Source: Oikopleura dioica (taxonomy: Eukaryota; Animalia; Chordata). Taken from it: a DNA stretch of 64,000 nucleotides. Below, piece after piece: positions 37,240-49,801 of this stretch (its first letter is position 1; each line of letters opens with the position of its first letter). The position numbers were made by a program, and so were the translations under genes. Location: positions 6,944,001-7,008,000 of the forward strand of contig OU015569.1 of the NCBI GenBank assembly GCA_907165135.1, written 5' to 3'. Below the pieces are notes generated by a model. That model was not told the DNA's origin and did no database searches. It saw only the letters and a program-made list of their open reading frames with translations.

Positions 37240-37857
37240 CTTAAGAAAATTACAGTCAGGGCTTGCTATTTTGTTGAAAAATGCAAAAATTTTCGGGATT
37301 TTCGCCAAAAACCACGCAGTTACAAGCCCCGTACAGTGTTGCAGTGTTACAGTATATGTTCAAAAATTTAAAGTGGAAAAATTATGTTTTGGAAATGGCC
37401 CGCAGGCTCCGAGCTCTAGAAAACACGATAAGAAACCAATTTATTTTTAGATTACATTCCCCTGCCGCCTTGCAAAGAAAACTGCGACGATGTCGCCTCG
37501 ATTGGCGAAGATCTTGGCCAATCCGAAGAAGACGACAAGGAACTTTACCCCTCTCGAAGAAGATAACTATCCGTTCATTGTCACCAATGAAAGACATCGA
37601 TAAGCGATTCTTCAATCTTCAAAATATTTATTGATGTCAAGCTGACTTGATTATTTTCAAATATAAGCCGGTCTTGATTGTTTCATATGAGTTGATTTGA
37701 TTTGCCCAAAAGAATCCTCTATCCAACTAAAATTCGCTTATTTTCGGAAAGAAATTAAAATAAACATGTATCTAAAATGATTTGTTTACTGAACATATTC
37801 AGCTAGCGACACTCGTTAAATTTCAGTAATAATAAGGCAATTTTTCAGAAGAAAAGC

Positions 37858-39426
37858 ATGAGTGGAAAGTACTCTGAGCTTGGATTGATTCTATCGCGTA
37901 AATCTACGTTCGTTTTCGACTGTGACGGTGTGCTCTGGCGTGGAAACGAGCTTCGGGTTTCAGAAAATCAAAAGAGCATTAATTACGAGCAGTATTGATT
38001 AATTTTGTGAAGCTTGGCATAGATCCTTCCCGGAGTCAAGGACTTCTTTGCCTTGCTCAGAGAACAAAATAAGAACGTCTTTTTCGCCAGGGGTCAACTT
38101 TGAATAAAGAGTTTTACAATTTCAGTAATGATTAGCGATAGCGATCCATCTCACTTCTGAGTAATTTGATATAGCTTTCATTTTGGCGCAGTTCCGACCG
38201 TGAAATAATTTACACGCACTTTAGACCCCGCAATCAGTCACTAATAACTCTAGCAAAACAAGAGAAGAGTATGTCAAGAAGTTCGCAAAGTACGGGATCG
38301 AAGCATCTGTCGATGAGGTAGAGAATCAATTTTATACCAGTTAGAATGACTCCACTTGTTTTCACGGACTTGCTTGCGAACTCAATTTTGACTCTGCCTT
38401 GTTGAAGTTGAGGATTTTAAAAGCAGATGAAAGGCTACGCTAGCTTCGTAGTATTTTGAATAAATTAATTAGATGAGCGCTACTAATTAGTAATTCTCTA
38501 TGAGAGGAACTCTCCTGGGAGTTGATCTTTCCAATTTCCATCTGGAGCGGGCAGTGGCCCTTCTTGGAAATGATTTTTCGAAGTTAAGAGGAAATTTTCA
38601 GGTTTTTGGAACTGCTTACTTGGCCAGCTATTATTTTACCAAGAATCCACCTAATGGAAAGCTTTATGTAATGGGAAACAGTGGCATTCAAGGGGAACTA
38701 GCCAATGTGAAAGGACTCGAAATAGTCACAGAGGAAACAGGTAAATCTGGTTCAAACAACTGCTAAGCTCAAACTTACTGTGCGGGGCTGAGATTTATTT
38801 TATAGCTTTTAAATCAACGTCTATTAGACTACTCACTCGATAAAATCGATGTTGACGCTTGGAGTTCGGCGCGATTGGACGAGAGAGTCGACGCCGTACT
38901 CGTCGGCTTTGATCCCCATTTCAATTTCACAAAAGTACTCAAAGCGGCCAGTTACATCAAGCAAGGGGCCAAGTTTATCGTCACCAACGAAGATGCTGAG
39001 CTGCCTTTGAGAAGGGATGATCTCTGTGTGCCAGGCGTAGGCTGCATTGTGGCCGCAGTAAGGAAAGCAGTCCTGCCGAGAGAGCCTCATCAAGTTTGTG
39101 GATAATACGGATTTCAAATTATTGCTTAACCTTTTCTCTAAATGCATCTTCTTTGTCTGCATTCTTGGGAGTTTCCATATTTGAAATCGACTAACAGAAA
39201 GCCGTCGACTCTCGCCTTTGAGCTTATCCAAGATCGCCTGGGAAAATTGGACCCTTCGGAATTCGTCATGTTCGGCGACCGACTAGATACGGACATTGTC
39301 TTCGGTAAAAACTGTGGCATCGATACCGTCCTGACCCTCACTGGAGTGACTACGCAGTCGATCTTAGAGAAAGCGGATATAAAGCCAACGCATGTTATTA
39401 AAAACTTCACTGATTTACTGGCTTAG
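37858..39426 (+). CDS. PGP: HAD class IIA phosphatase, phosphoglycolate/pyridoxal phosphatase family
   Basis: Motif I FVFDCDGVLWRG, motif II TNNSSKTREEY, AVLVGFDPHFNFTK, TNED, PGVGCIV, motif III VCG/KPS, motif IV MFGDRLDTDIVFG...LTLTGV. Confidence 0.9.
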
Positions 39427-39552
39427 ACTCAATTAAATATTGACTCTACGTGATTATATGCTCAATTTTCCTTCTTATCCGTCGACTTGAGATATATGTG
39501 ATTCTATTTCTACCTTAATTTTTAAAATCTCAGCTCATTAAGAATATGTGTT

Positions 39553-42500
39553 ATGTCGTTCCGGCCTGTACCACGTGACTGGACCACAAATGAAGTCACT
39601 TCTTGGATAAACGGGCTCGAAGATGGACTCATAGAATATAAAGTAAGCTTTTGAATTGCAAAAATATCGGTAAATATATATTTAGCGAAATCTGGGCAAA
39701 CTCAACGGAGCAGAACTTTTCGATCTCGACAGTACTCAACTCGAAACTCTTGGAGTTTTCAAATGTGGTCACCAGGAAGCGATTCTGGACTCGATTTCGC
39801 TTCTCCTTGAAACGTTCAATGCTGAAAGTGGCCAGAGCAGCGAGAATAATACTGGAAAGAGGACGAATATCGGCTCGCTTAAATATGCGACGCAACAGCT
39901 GGCCTCGAAGTGCTCCGCTCTGCAAACAATAAGGCCAACGAATCAGCCTCTTCCAATCGGTCACCAGCAAGGCGTCAATGCTATTAATTCCAATAAACTG
40001 AGCAATCAGGTGGATGAAAAATATCATTTTGAAAATGGAATGAGTATTCAGCAACTGGAACTGGTGATTGCTGTCCTTACTCAGGTTCGACAAGTATGCT
40101 GTTTCCTTGCAGGAGTGCTAGACCAAAGCCACGCGGACTACTCGAAATTTGTAAAAATCGCGCTTGAACTCTCTCAAACAGCGCTTCAGCCTCTTCCGGC
40201 ATGGTTAGGCATTGAACCCATCACTTCTTGCTGCGTAGAGGTATGTACTACATACTATGCAGTGCTATCGCTTACTCCTGTGAATTTAATGGCGTTTTTC
40301 CAGCTCTGCCAAATCGCTGATAAAATCCAGCGCAATCAAGCCGCGCAGCATTATCCAACTACTGAGACGGTGACAATAAAGCGCGATAGTAACAACTCAC
40401 TGGGTCTTTTTCTTCGGCAAAGGCCAGTGGACGGAACATTGGAGATCACCGGCGCAAAAGGTTCTATTTTTATAGGAACCAAACGAGATTTATATCTTTC
40501 AGAACAATCACATGCTTTCGGGCTTGTCAGGACCGGCGACGAATTAATTGCCATCAATAATCAAGTCATCGTTGGATGGAGCCTCTCAAATGTTGTTCAG
40601 CTGTTGAAAAATTGGTGAGTAAAATGAAAGTTAATCAGTTATTTATTTATCTTCAGTGGCGAATGCGCAGAACTTATGCTCAAGAGAAAAGGAAATGTGA
40701 GAATGACGATTCACTCGCGGTCACAGTCGACTCCGGAAGTCTGGCTTCCTTCTGATTCAGGTATTTTGTAAAATTGAACAAAGAGAATAACACTTGGGCA
40801 GATCGCCTATCAATCAATCGACGACGCTCTGCAGGACCGAACGTCAATTCTGGACCAAACGGAGCATCGAGTCACCATCGCCGAAAGCCTATTCTGTCAC
40901 TTCCACCACCACCTCCTGAACCTTATCGACCCAAACGTCCGCACAGTATGGACATGCGTGCGCATTCTGTTGGAAATTTAACGGGAAGGTATGCCGTCTT
41001 TCTTACTGTCAAAAGAAGCTGAAACTGATTTATAAGCGAATCGCCAAACTCACTGATGGACGCGGCGGTTTCAATGTCTCAAGTCTCCCTGCCAACTTCT
41101 AGTGGTTCGGACATGTACTTCAAAGTAGTGTACGAAGATCCAGAGCGACCTAAAGTTGAGGGCACGCAATCCACTGCCGGTCCTGGCGGCGCCTTCTCTA
41201 GTTCTGTGGATAAGCTCATCGATGAGCAAGAAAAAAACCTGATCAAGCAGTTGGAATCCACGTCCTTATCTCAGTCTCAAAGGTTGCCAATGTTCAGAAC
41301 TAATAGTCTTTAATATTGACAGGAGCAGTCAAGTCCCGCTAAATGATGAACCTTCACGCTATTCGCACAACTACCACAGTCGACAAGGTTCCGTTGCTTC
41401 TGGTCGCACTGGTATGTCCAAAAATTACCTCTAACTCACTAATTACCTTGTTCAGGATACTCAACGTCGCATTCTAACTTATCGGCCTCGTCAATGGACA
41501 ACCTTGAAGGCAGTGTTCACAATAGTGTCATCAGCGCGGCTGTAATCATCTAACACCTGTAACTGTATTTTTTCCACGTTCCGCGCCATTTTTGAGCACT
41601 TAATGAGGAAGCCACCACGTTTTATCGAACCCCCCTCCTGTAAATTCGCAAATAACCAGTCAAAAAGCTGTCACAGACTCCATGGACTCAATCCCACCCA
41701 TTCCAGACCATAAAGATTCCAGTTTGCGTGAACAAATTGTTACGTACTTATAGAAATGCTCTCAGTACATCTATTTCAAAGAAAATAAATAAGGAAATAA
41801 ACACTCATCGATTTATATTTCATGTCTTGCAGATATTATCGAGTCTTTTCTACAAAACCGCAGTCAGCTTACAGTATAAAATTTGGGAAAACGGAAGTTT
41901 AAATCATCAGACGGTCATATAATCATATGATATATGCGGTTTTTTTAAAAGAGCAGACTAAAGTCTTAGTCCAATATGCTTATTTTGTTCACGCAATATA
42001 CAGTTACCATCGTCAAAGTAACAGTGCGTTTAACAGTAAGCTGAACCAAAACCACAACAACAGTAGCCATCAGCAGCATCATCTTACTGCAATGATGCGT
42101 ACGACGTCTGAACCACGTCTTCTTTCAAACTCGACCGACTCGCTCTCAGTCCTAGCCAACTCTTCAATAGGAAACACCCCTTCCATCGTTCTAAGAGACG
42201 TGCTTTATCGCAAGAGCGAGCACAAATCAAATATTTTACAAAATAAGTGGACAAAAGTATGGGCAGTGTTGCAGGAAACGCTTCATAGAAATTGACCAAC
42301 CAAAAAAGTGTCTTGAACTAGTTATGAAGCGGACTTAGAATAATACTTTGTACATTTACAACGATAGCAAGGAAACAGACTCTGTGATTGACCCAATTAT
42401 TTTATATGGTAATAATGATTTATATTTTAAGTTATTTTTACAATGCGGAAATTAAGGGCAGACAGCGAGCATCCCCGATAGCTGCAAAAGAAAATATTCT

Positions 42501-43115
42501 TTCCAGTTGTCAGGGTCGCGATGTAATGTCCTGCTTGCAGCGGAAAGCTACGAGAAGCAACGTCGATGGATGAGCGCATTGTCCACTGCGTCTGGAGCTT
42601 ACCAAGCTATTCCCGGAAATATCAGCGTCCCAAAAGATTCGCCAAAAAAGTAATGACAATTTTTGCAATTCCTTCATTGTTTATCCGTCGTAGAAACTTG
42701 AACACACGGCGAGACGTTCTCCCAGTCGCTAAGCGTTCAATGTCAGTCGAGAATATTTCGCGCAAGATGAATGCGATCAATATTGACGTGCTTCGATCTT
42801 CAAGTACCTCTACGCCACCCGCAACAGTAAGTTAAAATTTCAGTTTGTCTTCTTTTACTTGAGCGTTTGTAGAGCGAGGTGGTTCTTCGTCCCAAATCTT
42901 TTGAAGAGCAAAAAGTACTCCGCCCTAAGAGTCTTCTGTCGACAGCCAGCAGCTCTAGCCAGCCCATGTCGAGTGGCAACATCGAGAAGCAAACAACTGG
43001 CGAAAGCGTTCAAACTCGCCACAACTCGTTTCCAAAGCGCGAGAATTCCCTCGAAACGCGGAAGATTGCAGAGGATAAGGAATGGGGCGACGCTCTTCAC
43101 CCTTCGTACGTCTAA
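39553..43115 (+). CDS. CNKSR: Connector enhancer of kinase suppressor of Ras (SAM-CRIC-PDZ-PH scaffold)
   Basis: SAM (WTTNEVTSWINGLEDGL...GHQEAILDSI), CRIC-like helical region, PDZ (SLGLFLR...GDELIAINNQVIVGWSLSNVV), PH (KWTKVWAVLQNNTLYIY...CKRKYSF...AAES...RWM), C-terminal PDZ-ligand-like SYV*. Confidence 0.88.
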
Positions 43116-43661
43116 CTGCAACGTTCTCATTCGAATCCCCACAAGAAAGACAATCGCCGTAGTTTTTACCGGGAAACCGACTTTTAAAGTTCATTATAAC
43201 CAATAAGTTCCATATTTCTGTAAAACAAAGGAAACGAAATGAAATAACTCTTTTTACTATAAGTTTTCTTGTCTTCGCTCATTTCGTCTGCTATTCGAAA
43301 TCATTTATACAAAAATGCCGGATACTTCATGTAAACTCAGTCTTGTTTAAAACACTGCTGCTTGTACTACTTTCGGCTCGTTCTGCCGCATCTTTATCTC
43401 GCAACAGATATTCTCCGTTTACCATCTATATTTATTTCGCTCGTAATTGATGTGTCTTCCTGTAGGAATGTATCCGCGTGATATTCTGAAAACTCACACA
43501 ACTGTCTAAAAATATTCCAGCCATTTCTCTTTCTTCTTTGCTTTCAACCTTTCCCCCAAAAAACCAACAAATTTCTATGTACTTTTGTCCAAAATGCATT
43601 CCGCGTAAAAATATCTCAGCCTCCAAGCACCGGCTCATTTTTGATATTTTTAGATTGTCTC

Positions 43662-46600
43662 ATGTCAAGTGCTCAGAGGATATTTTCGCCAATATACACG
43701 CATCTTGACAATGACAATCCCTCGCGTGCACTCAAGGAATGCGAGCAAGTCCTCAAGAAGATCACCAAGAAAGGCGCTATCGACAAGGAGGGCGAAGTAT
43801 GGCTGACGACGAATGTGCTGAAGGCAATTGCTTTCCAGCGCTTGAATAGAGTCGAAGAAGCTTTGCAAGCTGCAGCTATTGTCTGCGAAGCCCAGCCCAG
43901 TGATGAGACCATCTTGCAGGAGCAGTTTCTATCTTCTCTTATATAGTGAATAATGACTACGTTTTCATCAATCTGCTAAAAGATGCTAGCAAACGTTTAT
44001 CGTGACCTGGACCGTCCTGAAATGATGTGTCCAGTCTATGAAAACGCATTGAAGACGAACGAAAGCGAAGAGGTCTACACGTATGTTCATCATTACTTAT
44101 TCTTAGTGTTTTACATTAACAAGACTACTTTAGTCATACTTTCATGGCATTTTTGCGAAGCTCTGATTACGGAAAACTTAAACAGATTGGCGGTAAACTC
44201 TTTCAAAAGGTAACAATGGATTTATATTTCGTAGAGGCTACTTTGTATTCGTTTAGTACCAAAAATACCCGTATCTTTACTGGACAGCGATGGCGGGATT
44301 CTTACAGGCGAAGGGCTGTTCTGACGAGCGCATGAAGAAGATGAACCTCGAAATTGCAAAAAGAACGATCCAAAAGAATTTAGAGGGTATCGAAACGGAG
44401 CGACAGGTCAAGCTCTATTTGATGATTCTCCAGGAACTCGAGGACTGGGAGACGATGTCTGCTGCAGTTGAAAAGTACGAAAAGCTCTTCACCGAGACTC
44501 TGTTTTGTTTTGATCAGTTCCAGATGAGGCAGGGTGAAAAAACTGATTTAGTTGTAATTAGATTCATATATTCATTTGATTAATAGAAAATAAAGCAAAT
44601 CTTATCGTCACATATTTTTGCACCGTTTAAAAGGGCATGGGAAGCAACTTCACAGCCGAAAATGATATGCAGAAGAGCTATGGAGAGAGTCGAAGCCGAC
44701 CCTGACGACATTGGAGCATGGAAGTTGCTTATAAAAACATGGTTCCGGAATCAAAAAGCTGTGGAAGATGAACTGGACATAGTTGGTCTTTTTACAAAGT
44801 TAATGGGGACCGAGAAACAAAATACATTTCAATTCAGAGGGCCCGATTTAGCTAAATTTATGGTACGGTTTATGATAAAACTTTTATCAAATCATAAGTT
44901 AACAAATATCTGGTTATTGATTATTTATTATTTGATTATTAAGAAATACTTTGAAATTAAATAACTAAAGCTATTTATAGTTTTCTGAATCCTCTTGTTA
45001 TGTTTATTGGGGCAGCTGTCAGCAAATGATCGAAGATTACTGTTTAAAATGGAAGAAAAAGAGCTCGACTGTATTTGATATGGAGTTATATGCCGAAGGC
45101 CTGATGACCAAAGAAAAAGCAGCAATCATTGAAAAACTCATCGAAGAAGATGATGAAGTTCCATTTTTATTTGCTAGCAAGCTTCCCAAAACACTCAAAG
45201 AGCTTGACGCTTACTGCGCCGCTCACCTTTTACCCTATCAACTCGCGGTAAGCCGAACAACACAGTTAGAAAAATGAATTATTTAGTTGTCTTGGGGAGT
45301 AGATAAATACATTACAAAAAACAATTCAAAGATGCTTGAATCAATGGGAAGCAGTCTCTACGAAATGGGAAAGGAAACGCCAATCATTCAAGAGCTCATG
45401 GACACAGAAGGGCGACCCTGGGATCGCCACTTTCTCGTCGCCGCGCTAATGGTGCTCAGAAAAGACCAAAGTCGCTCGTCAATTATTAGAGCACTCGCCA
45501 TTCTCGATCGTGGAATAAAGTCCACTGGAACTTGCCCCGATCTACTTTTGCTATCCCTGAATCTTTATGCTCGACTTGACTGCATCAATGAAGCCATCAA
45601 GCTTTTCAGGACTCATTTGGACATGAAGTCCATACAAAACGACTCACTTGGATACGTTATCTTTCCTCATGTGTTTCAGCTCAACCCAGGTAGGCCACAC
45701 GATCAAAAATCATGGTCAAACATATTTCGATGAAGAAGCTGCTTCGGATCTTTTGGACAACCCGCTCACATTTTTCGCGAATTCCAAGAAGGACACAACG
45801 GAAGCTGTTATAAAATGTTTCAGGTAGTCCACGACAATCAGTTGATTCTTGATAAAAAACCGATTCAGAGAAGGAAACTTCGCTCAAGTTGAAGACATTT
45901 CTAAGTTCCGAGACGCCTTGAAGAACTCAATCATGAGAAAACTTCTTCAAGTCGAAAACCTTGTTACTAGCGGTTACTATGGGAAGAAACTCCTGTCCGA
46001 GTTGTCAGACTCCAAGTAAGAACAAAAAATAGATAATTATCAAGACGACATGATTCTAGCGCCTCTGATAATAGAGACTTTGATGCACTGAATTGGTGGG
46101 GGCCAGACCGAAAAAGCCGAATCCGGGAGCTGAAAAAGCGATCTTTCGACGACTTAGAACACTACATCCGTTTCCGAACTGGCTGCCTGGAGTTTCTCCA
46201 AGGTTCGGAGAAGGATCTCGATGAGCTTGAGAAACTCGCTGTAGTTAAACCCTTCGAAGATTCGGAAATATCACTTATCAGTGGCTATCATAAGATGTAA
46301 GAGCTTGATAGGTTGAGAAGTTTTAGCAATATTTCAGGCCTTCAACATTGCCTCGAAAGGTGACCATTATGACCCTAAAGTTGCTGAAATATTTCCGCAA
46401 TCGGCTCGTCGAGAAAACTGGTGTAAGGCCCGAAGTGGCACAACTCGAGAAGTATAGAAGATGCTTGCGTGAATGTGTAGCAGGCGACGAGCTGCGTTCC
46501 CGATGGTTTATTATTGAAAGTGTTATGTTCCTGCTCAACTTTGTTAAATCAAACGAACAGAGCCTGATGGAAATTAAGAAGGGAGGAAAGAAGATTCCAA

Positions 46601-46878
46601 AAGCGACTAAGGAAGTTTTTGCTCAATTCGTTGACCTAAGTGATTACTTATGTTGCGACCAAATCAGAGATGGGTTTATGGGAGACGCAGTTGGACTAGG
46701 TATGCCTCTTTCTAAGACGAACTCTAAATTTATTTCTCTAGACTCTCTCTCCCTAGACGAGGATGTATCTGAAATTGCTTCCAGGGTCAAAAATGACCAA
46801 GAAGAAGTGCGATTGACGCTGAATGAGATGTTTACAAAGTACAGTTCAAATTTATCCCGGCAGCTCGCCAAAAAATAA
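43662..46878 (+). CDS. NAA25: N-alpha-acetyltransferase 25, NatB auxiliary subunit
   Basis: IFSPIYTHLDNDN...VLKAIAFQR...QPSDETILQ|MLANVYRDL.RPE; YPYLYWTAM; HLDMKSIQNDSLGY; FFANSKKDTTE; DNRDFDALNWW all align in register with recalled NAA25/Mdm20 motifs. Confidence 0.92.
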
Positions 46879-47012
46879 GCTTTTTTGCCGCGACACTGGT
46901 TTGAAATTCCTGACTGTTGAAATATTTAATAACTATTAAACCCTTCAAATCATCTCCGATTTTTTTCTAACTTATTAAAGCGTTTAGAATTCCAGTCGGC
47001 TTGTGATTCGAA

Positions 47013-49275
47013 ATGAGCTCCAAGAAGCCGAAGCAACGTGATGACGACGTTCAGGTAATGGATGGATGATCCTTTCCGATTTGAAATCGTTTTTAGGCGA
47101 AGCAAACGCGTATCGCCATTGTCAACCTTGACAAATGTAAACCGAAGAAGTGTCGCCAAGAGTGCAAAAAAACGTGCCCAGTCGTTCGAATGGGAAAGCT
47201 GTGTATCGAAGTGACTCCAACTGATAAGTCGGCGCAAATTTACGAAACGCTCTGCATTGGTTGCGGTATTTGCGTGAAGAAATGCCCGTTTGAAGCGATT
47301 CAAATCATTAATTTGCCATCAAACTTGGAGTCTGAAACTGTCCATCGTTATCACGCCAACTCTTTCAAGCTTCACCGGCTGCCAACACCACGACCCGGTG
47401 AAGTTCTTGGTCTTGTAGGAACCAACGGTAATTCAACTGTCCACTTGTTCATTCGCTTATCCTCTCTGTAGGTATCGGAAAATCTACAGCATTGAAGATT
47501 CTTCAGTCAAAGCTCAAGCCAAACCTTGGTCGATTTGATGATCCTCCAGATTGGCAGGAGATTCTCACCTATTTCCGAGGTTCTGAACTTCAGAACTACT
47601 TCACCAGAATTTTGGAGGACAATATTGAATGCAAAATGAAGCCTCAGTTCGTCGACAAACTTGCGCAGGCTCTTTCGAAGCAGCCTGACATGACTGTCCA
47701 GAAACTAATGGATAGGAAAGATACGACTGATTCTCAGGATTTCTTCTGTGGCTTGTTGGATCTGAACCACTTGCGTGATCGTGGCGTCGACAAACTATCT
47801 GGTGGCGAGCTTCAGCGATTGGCCATTGGCATTGTATGCGTTGCAGGTGCTGATGTGTACATGTTCGACGAACCCTCTTCTTACCTTGACGTAAAACAGC
47901 GACTGAACGCCGCCCGAGCGATCCGCAAGCTCCTTGCCACTGAAACATACGTCGTTGTAGTTGAACACGACTTGGCCGTCCTTGATTACCTGTCCGATTT
48001 CGTTTGCTGCCTTTATGGGAAGCCTGGTGTTTATGGCGTGGTAACTATGCCTTTCTCTGTCCGTGAAGGTACTTTGAAAAAGCATCCATAAAAATTTCAA
48101 AATTTCAAGGAATCAACATTTTCCTCGATGGATTTATTCCTACCGAAAATATGAAGTTCCGTGAAGAGAAACTTCAATTCAAGGTTTCCGAAACCGCTGA
48201 CCACGAGACACTCAAGCATGCTTACCGAACCGAATATCCAACAATGGTCAAGGTACACTCTCTTCCTCTGTATAAGGTCTATTGATATTTTAAAGAAAGC
48301 GGGCAGCTTCGAGCTTACCGCAATGGCTGGATCCTTCGTTGAATCGCAAATTGTTGTCATGTTGGGCGAGAACGGTACCGGAAAAACTACCTTTATCCGT
48401 ATGCTCGCTGGTTCGAAGGGCTGCGATCCTGACAATGGCGCCGAGGTCCCCTCCATGAACGTGAGCCGTCATTAAAGTAACTTTGCTTCTAATGTCGTTA
48501 AGATCTCGTACAAGCCCCAGACAATCAAGCCAAAGTTTGCTGGTTCCGTTCGACAATTACTGCACACCAAAATTCAGCGAGCGTACGTTCATCCACAGGT
48601 ATTCCATCAAGTTTTTATCAAATTATTAAGTCTTTTAGTTCATCACGGATGTTATGAAGCCACTCAACATGGAAGCTCTCATGGATCTTGAAGTACAGAC
48701 TCTCTCTGGTGGTGAATTGCAGCGTGTTGCCATTACTCTTGCTCTTGGAAAGCCAGCTGATGTAAATTAAAAATTGTTCTCCCGTTTTTAACTATTTTAG
48801 GTTTACCTTATCGATGAGCCGTCGGCTTACCTTGATTCCGAACAACGTCTCCACGCTGCCAAAGTTATTAAACGGTCTGTAAAAATGAGGATTTCTTTAA
48901 TAATAATTATTTAACAGATTCATTCTCCACGCCAAAAAGACTGCGTTTGTCGTGGAGCACGATTTTATCATGGCAACTTATCTCGCAGACATGGTCATTG
49001 TCTTTGAAGGACAGCCTGGCATCAAGACTACTGCCAATTCTCCGGTCGGTCTCCTAGAAGGAATGAATAAGTTCCTCGAATCGCTTGAAATCACATTCCG
49101 ACGAGACCCTACAAATTACAGACCCAGGTAATATTTTAGTCTATATGTATCGGAAATATTTACTCTCTTCAGAATCAACAAGATGGACTCTGTGAAAGAT
49201 GTTGAACAGAAGACATCTGGAAACTACTTCTTTATCGACGATGACGACTCCTCCGGTGGTGGACGCAAGAAATGA
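47013..49275 (+). CDS. ABCE1: ABCE1 / RLI1 ribosome-recycling ATPase
   Basis: Fe-S domain ([26 protein letters not shown]...[13 protein letters not shown]), two NBDs ([33 protein letters not shown]; [23 protein letters not shown]), [14 protein letters not shown]; all introns GT-AG. Confidence 0.98.
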
Positions 49276-49452
49276 GACACATATGCGTGGGGCTTCTTTT
49301 CTAGAGAGATTTCTGCATTTATCAGTGCAAAACAGCGCAACACCAACTTTTGTATCAAAAACGTAAAATCCTACCTTTCTTTGGAGCATTTTTGCCCTCC
49401 TTTTTTGTCCAAGTGCGTTCCATTTTCTGTTCAAAATCGCAATCTAACCCAT

Positions 49453-49613
49453 TTGCGTGATGCTCGATTATGGATAGTTTCCGATGCGGGCTTTGGCTTC
49501 AAGCACGTAGGAGCAGCGAATCCGGAATCTTTTGTTATTCTGTGTAATCTTGGTAAATCCGTTAAAATTGTCACCGCGATTCTTAAAGCCATCCATCGCC
49601 GAGCATGATGCAA
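49453..49613 (-). other. Intergenic fold-back segment (candidate small structured RNA or decayed MITE)
   Basis: Nested inverted arms: ATGCTCG/CGAGCAT, ATGGAT/ATCCAT and GGCUUUAAG/CUUGAAGCC (9 bp with a G-U pair on the minus strand). Confidence 0.3.
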
Positions 49614-49801
49614 AATGTAGTGTTAGGTTAATTAAATCTGCTCGGGCTCAAGAATTCTTGAAACTGCTAAAAAATTGTAGAGCTCCTCCAAGTAGAGCTC
49701 CAATTTCTAGGTATATCTTTAAATAAATTATTAAACTCATCCCATTGCTCTTCTTTGTGACCTTGTGTGTGATTTCCAGCATTAACAACCGCATTTTTCA
49801 G

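Noticed and set aside
45685-45740. Apparent frameshift in NAA25 after FQLNP
   Set aside because: Resolved by a canonical 46-bp GT-AG intron (45690-45735) giving NPEAASDLL, in register with the family.
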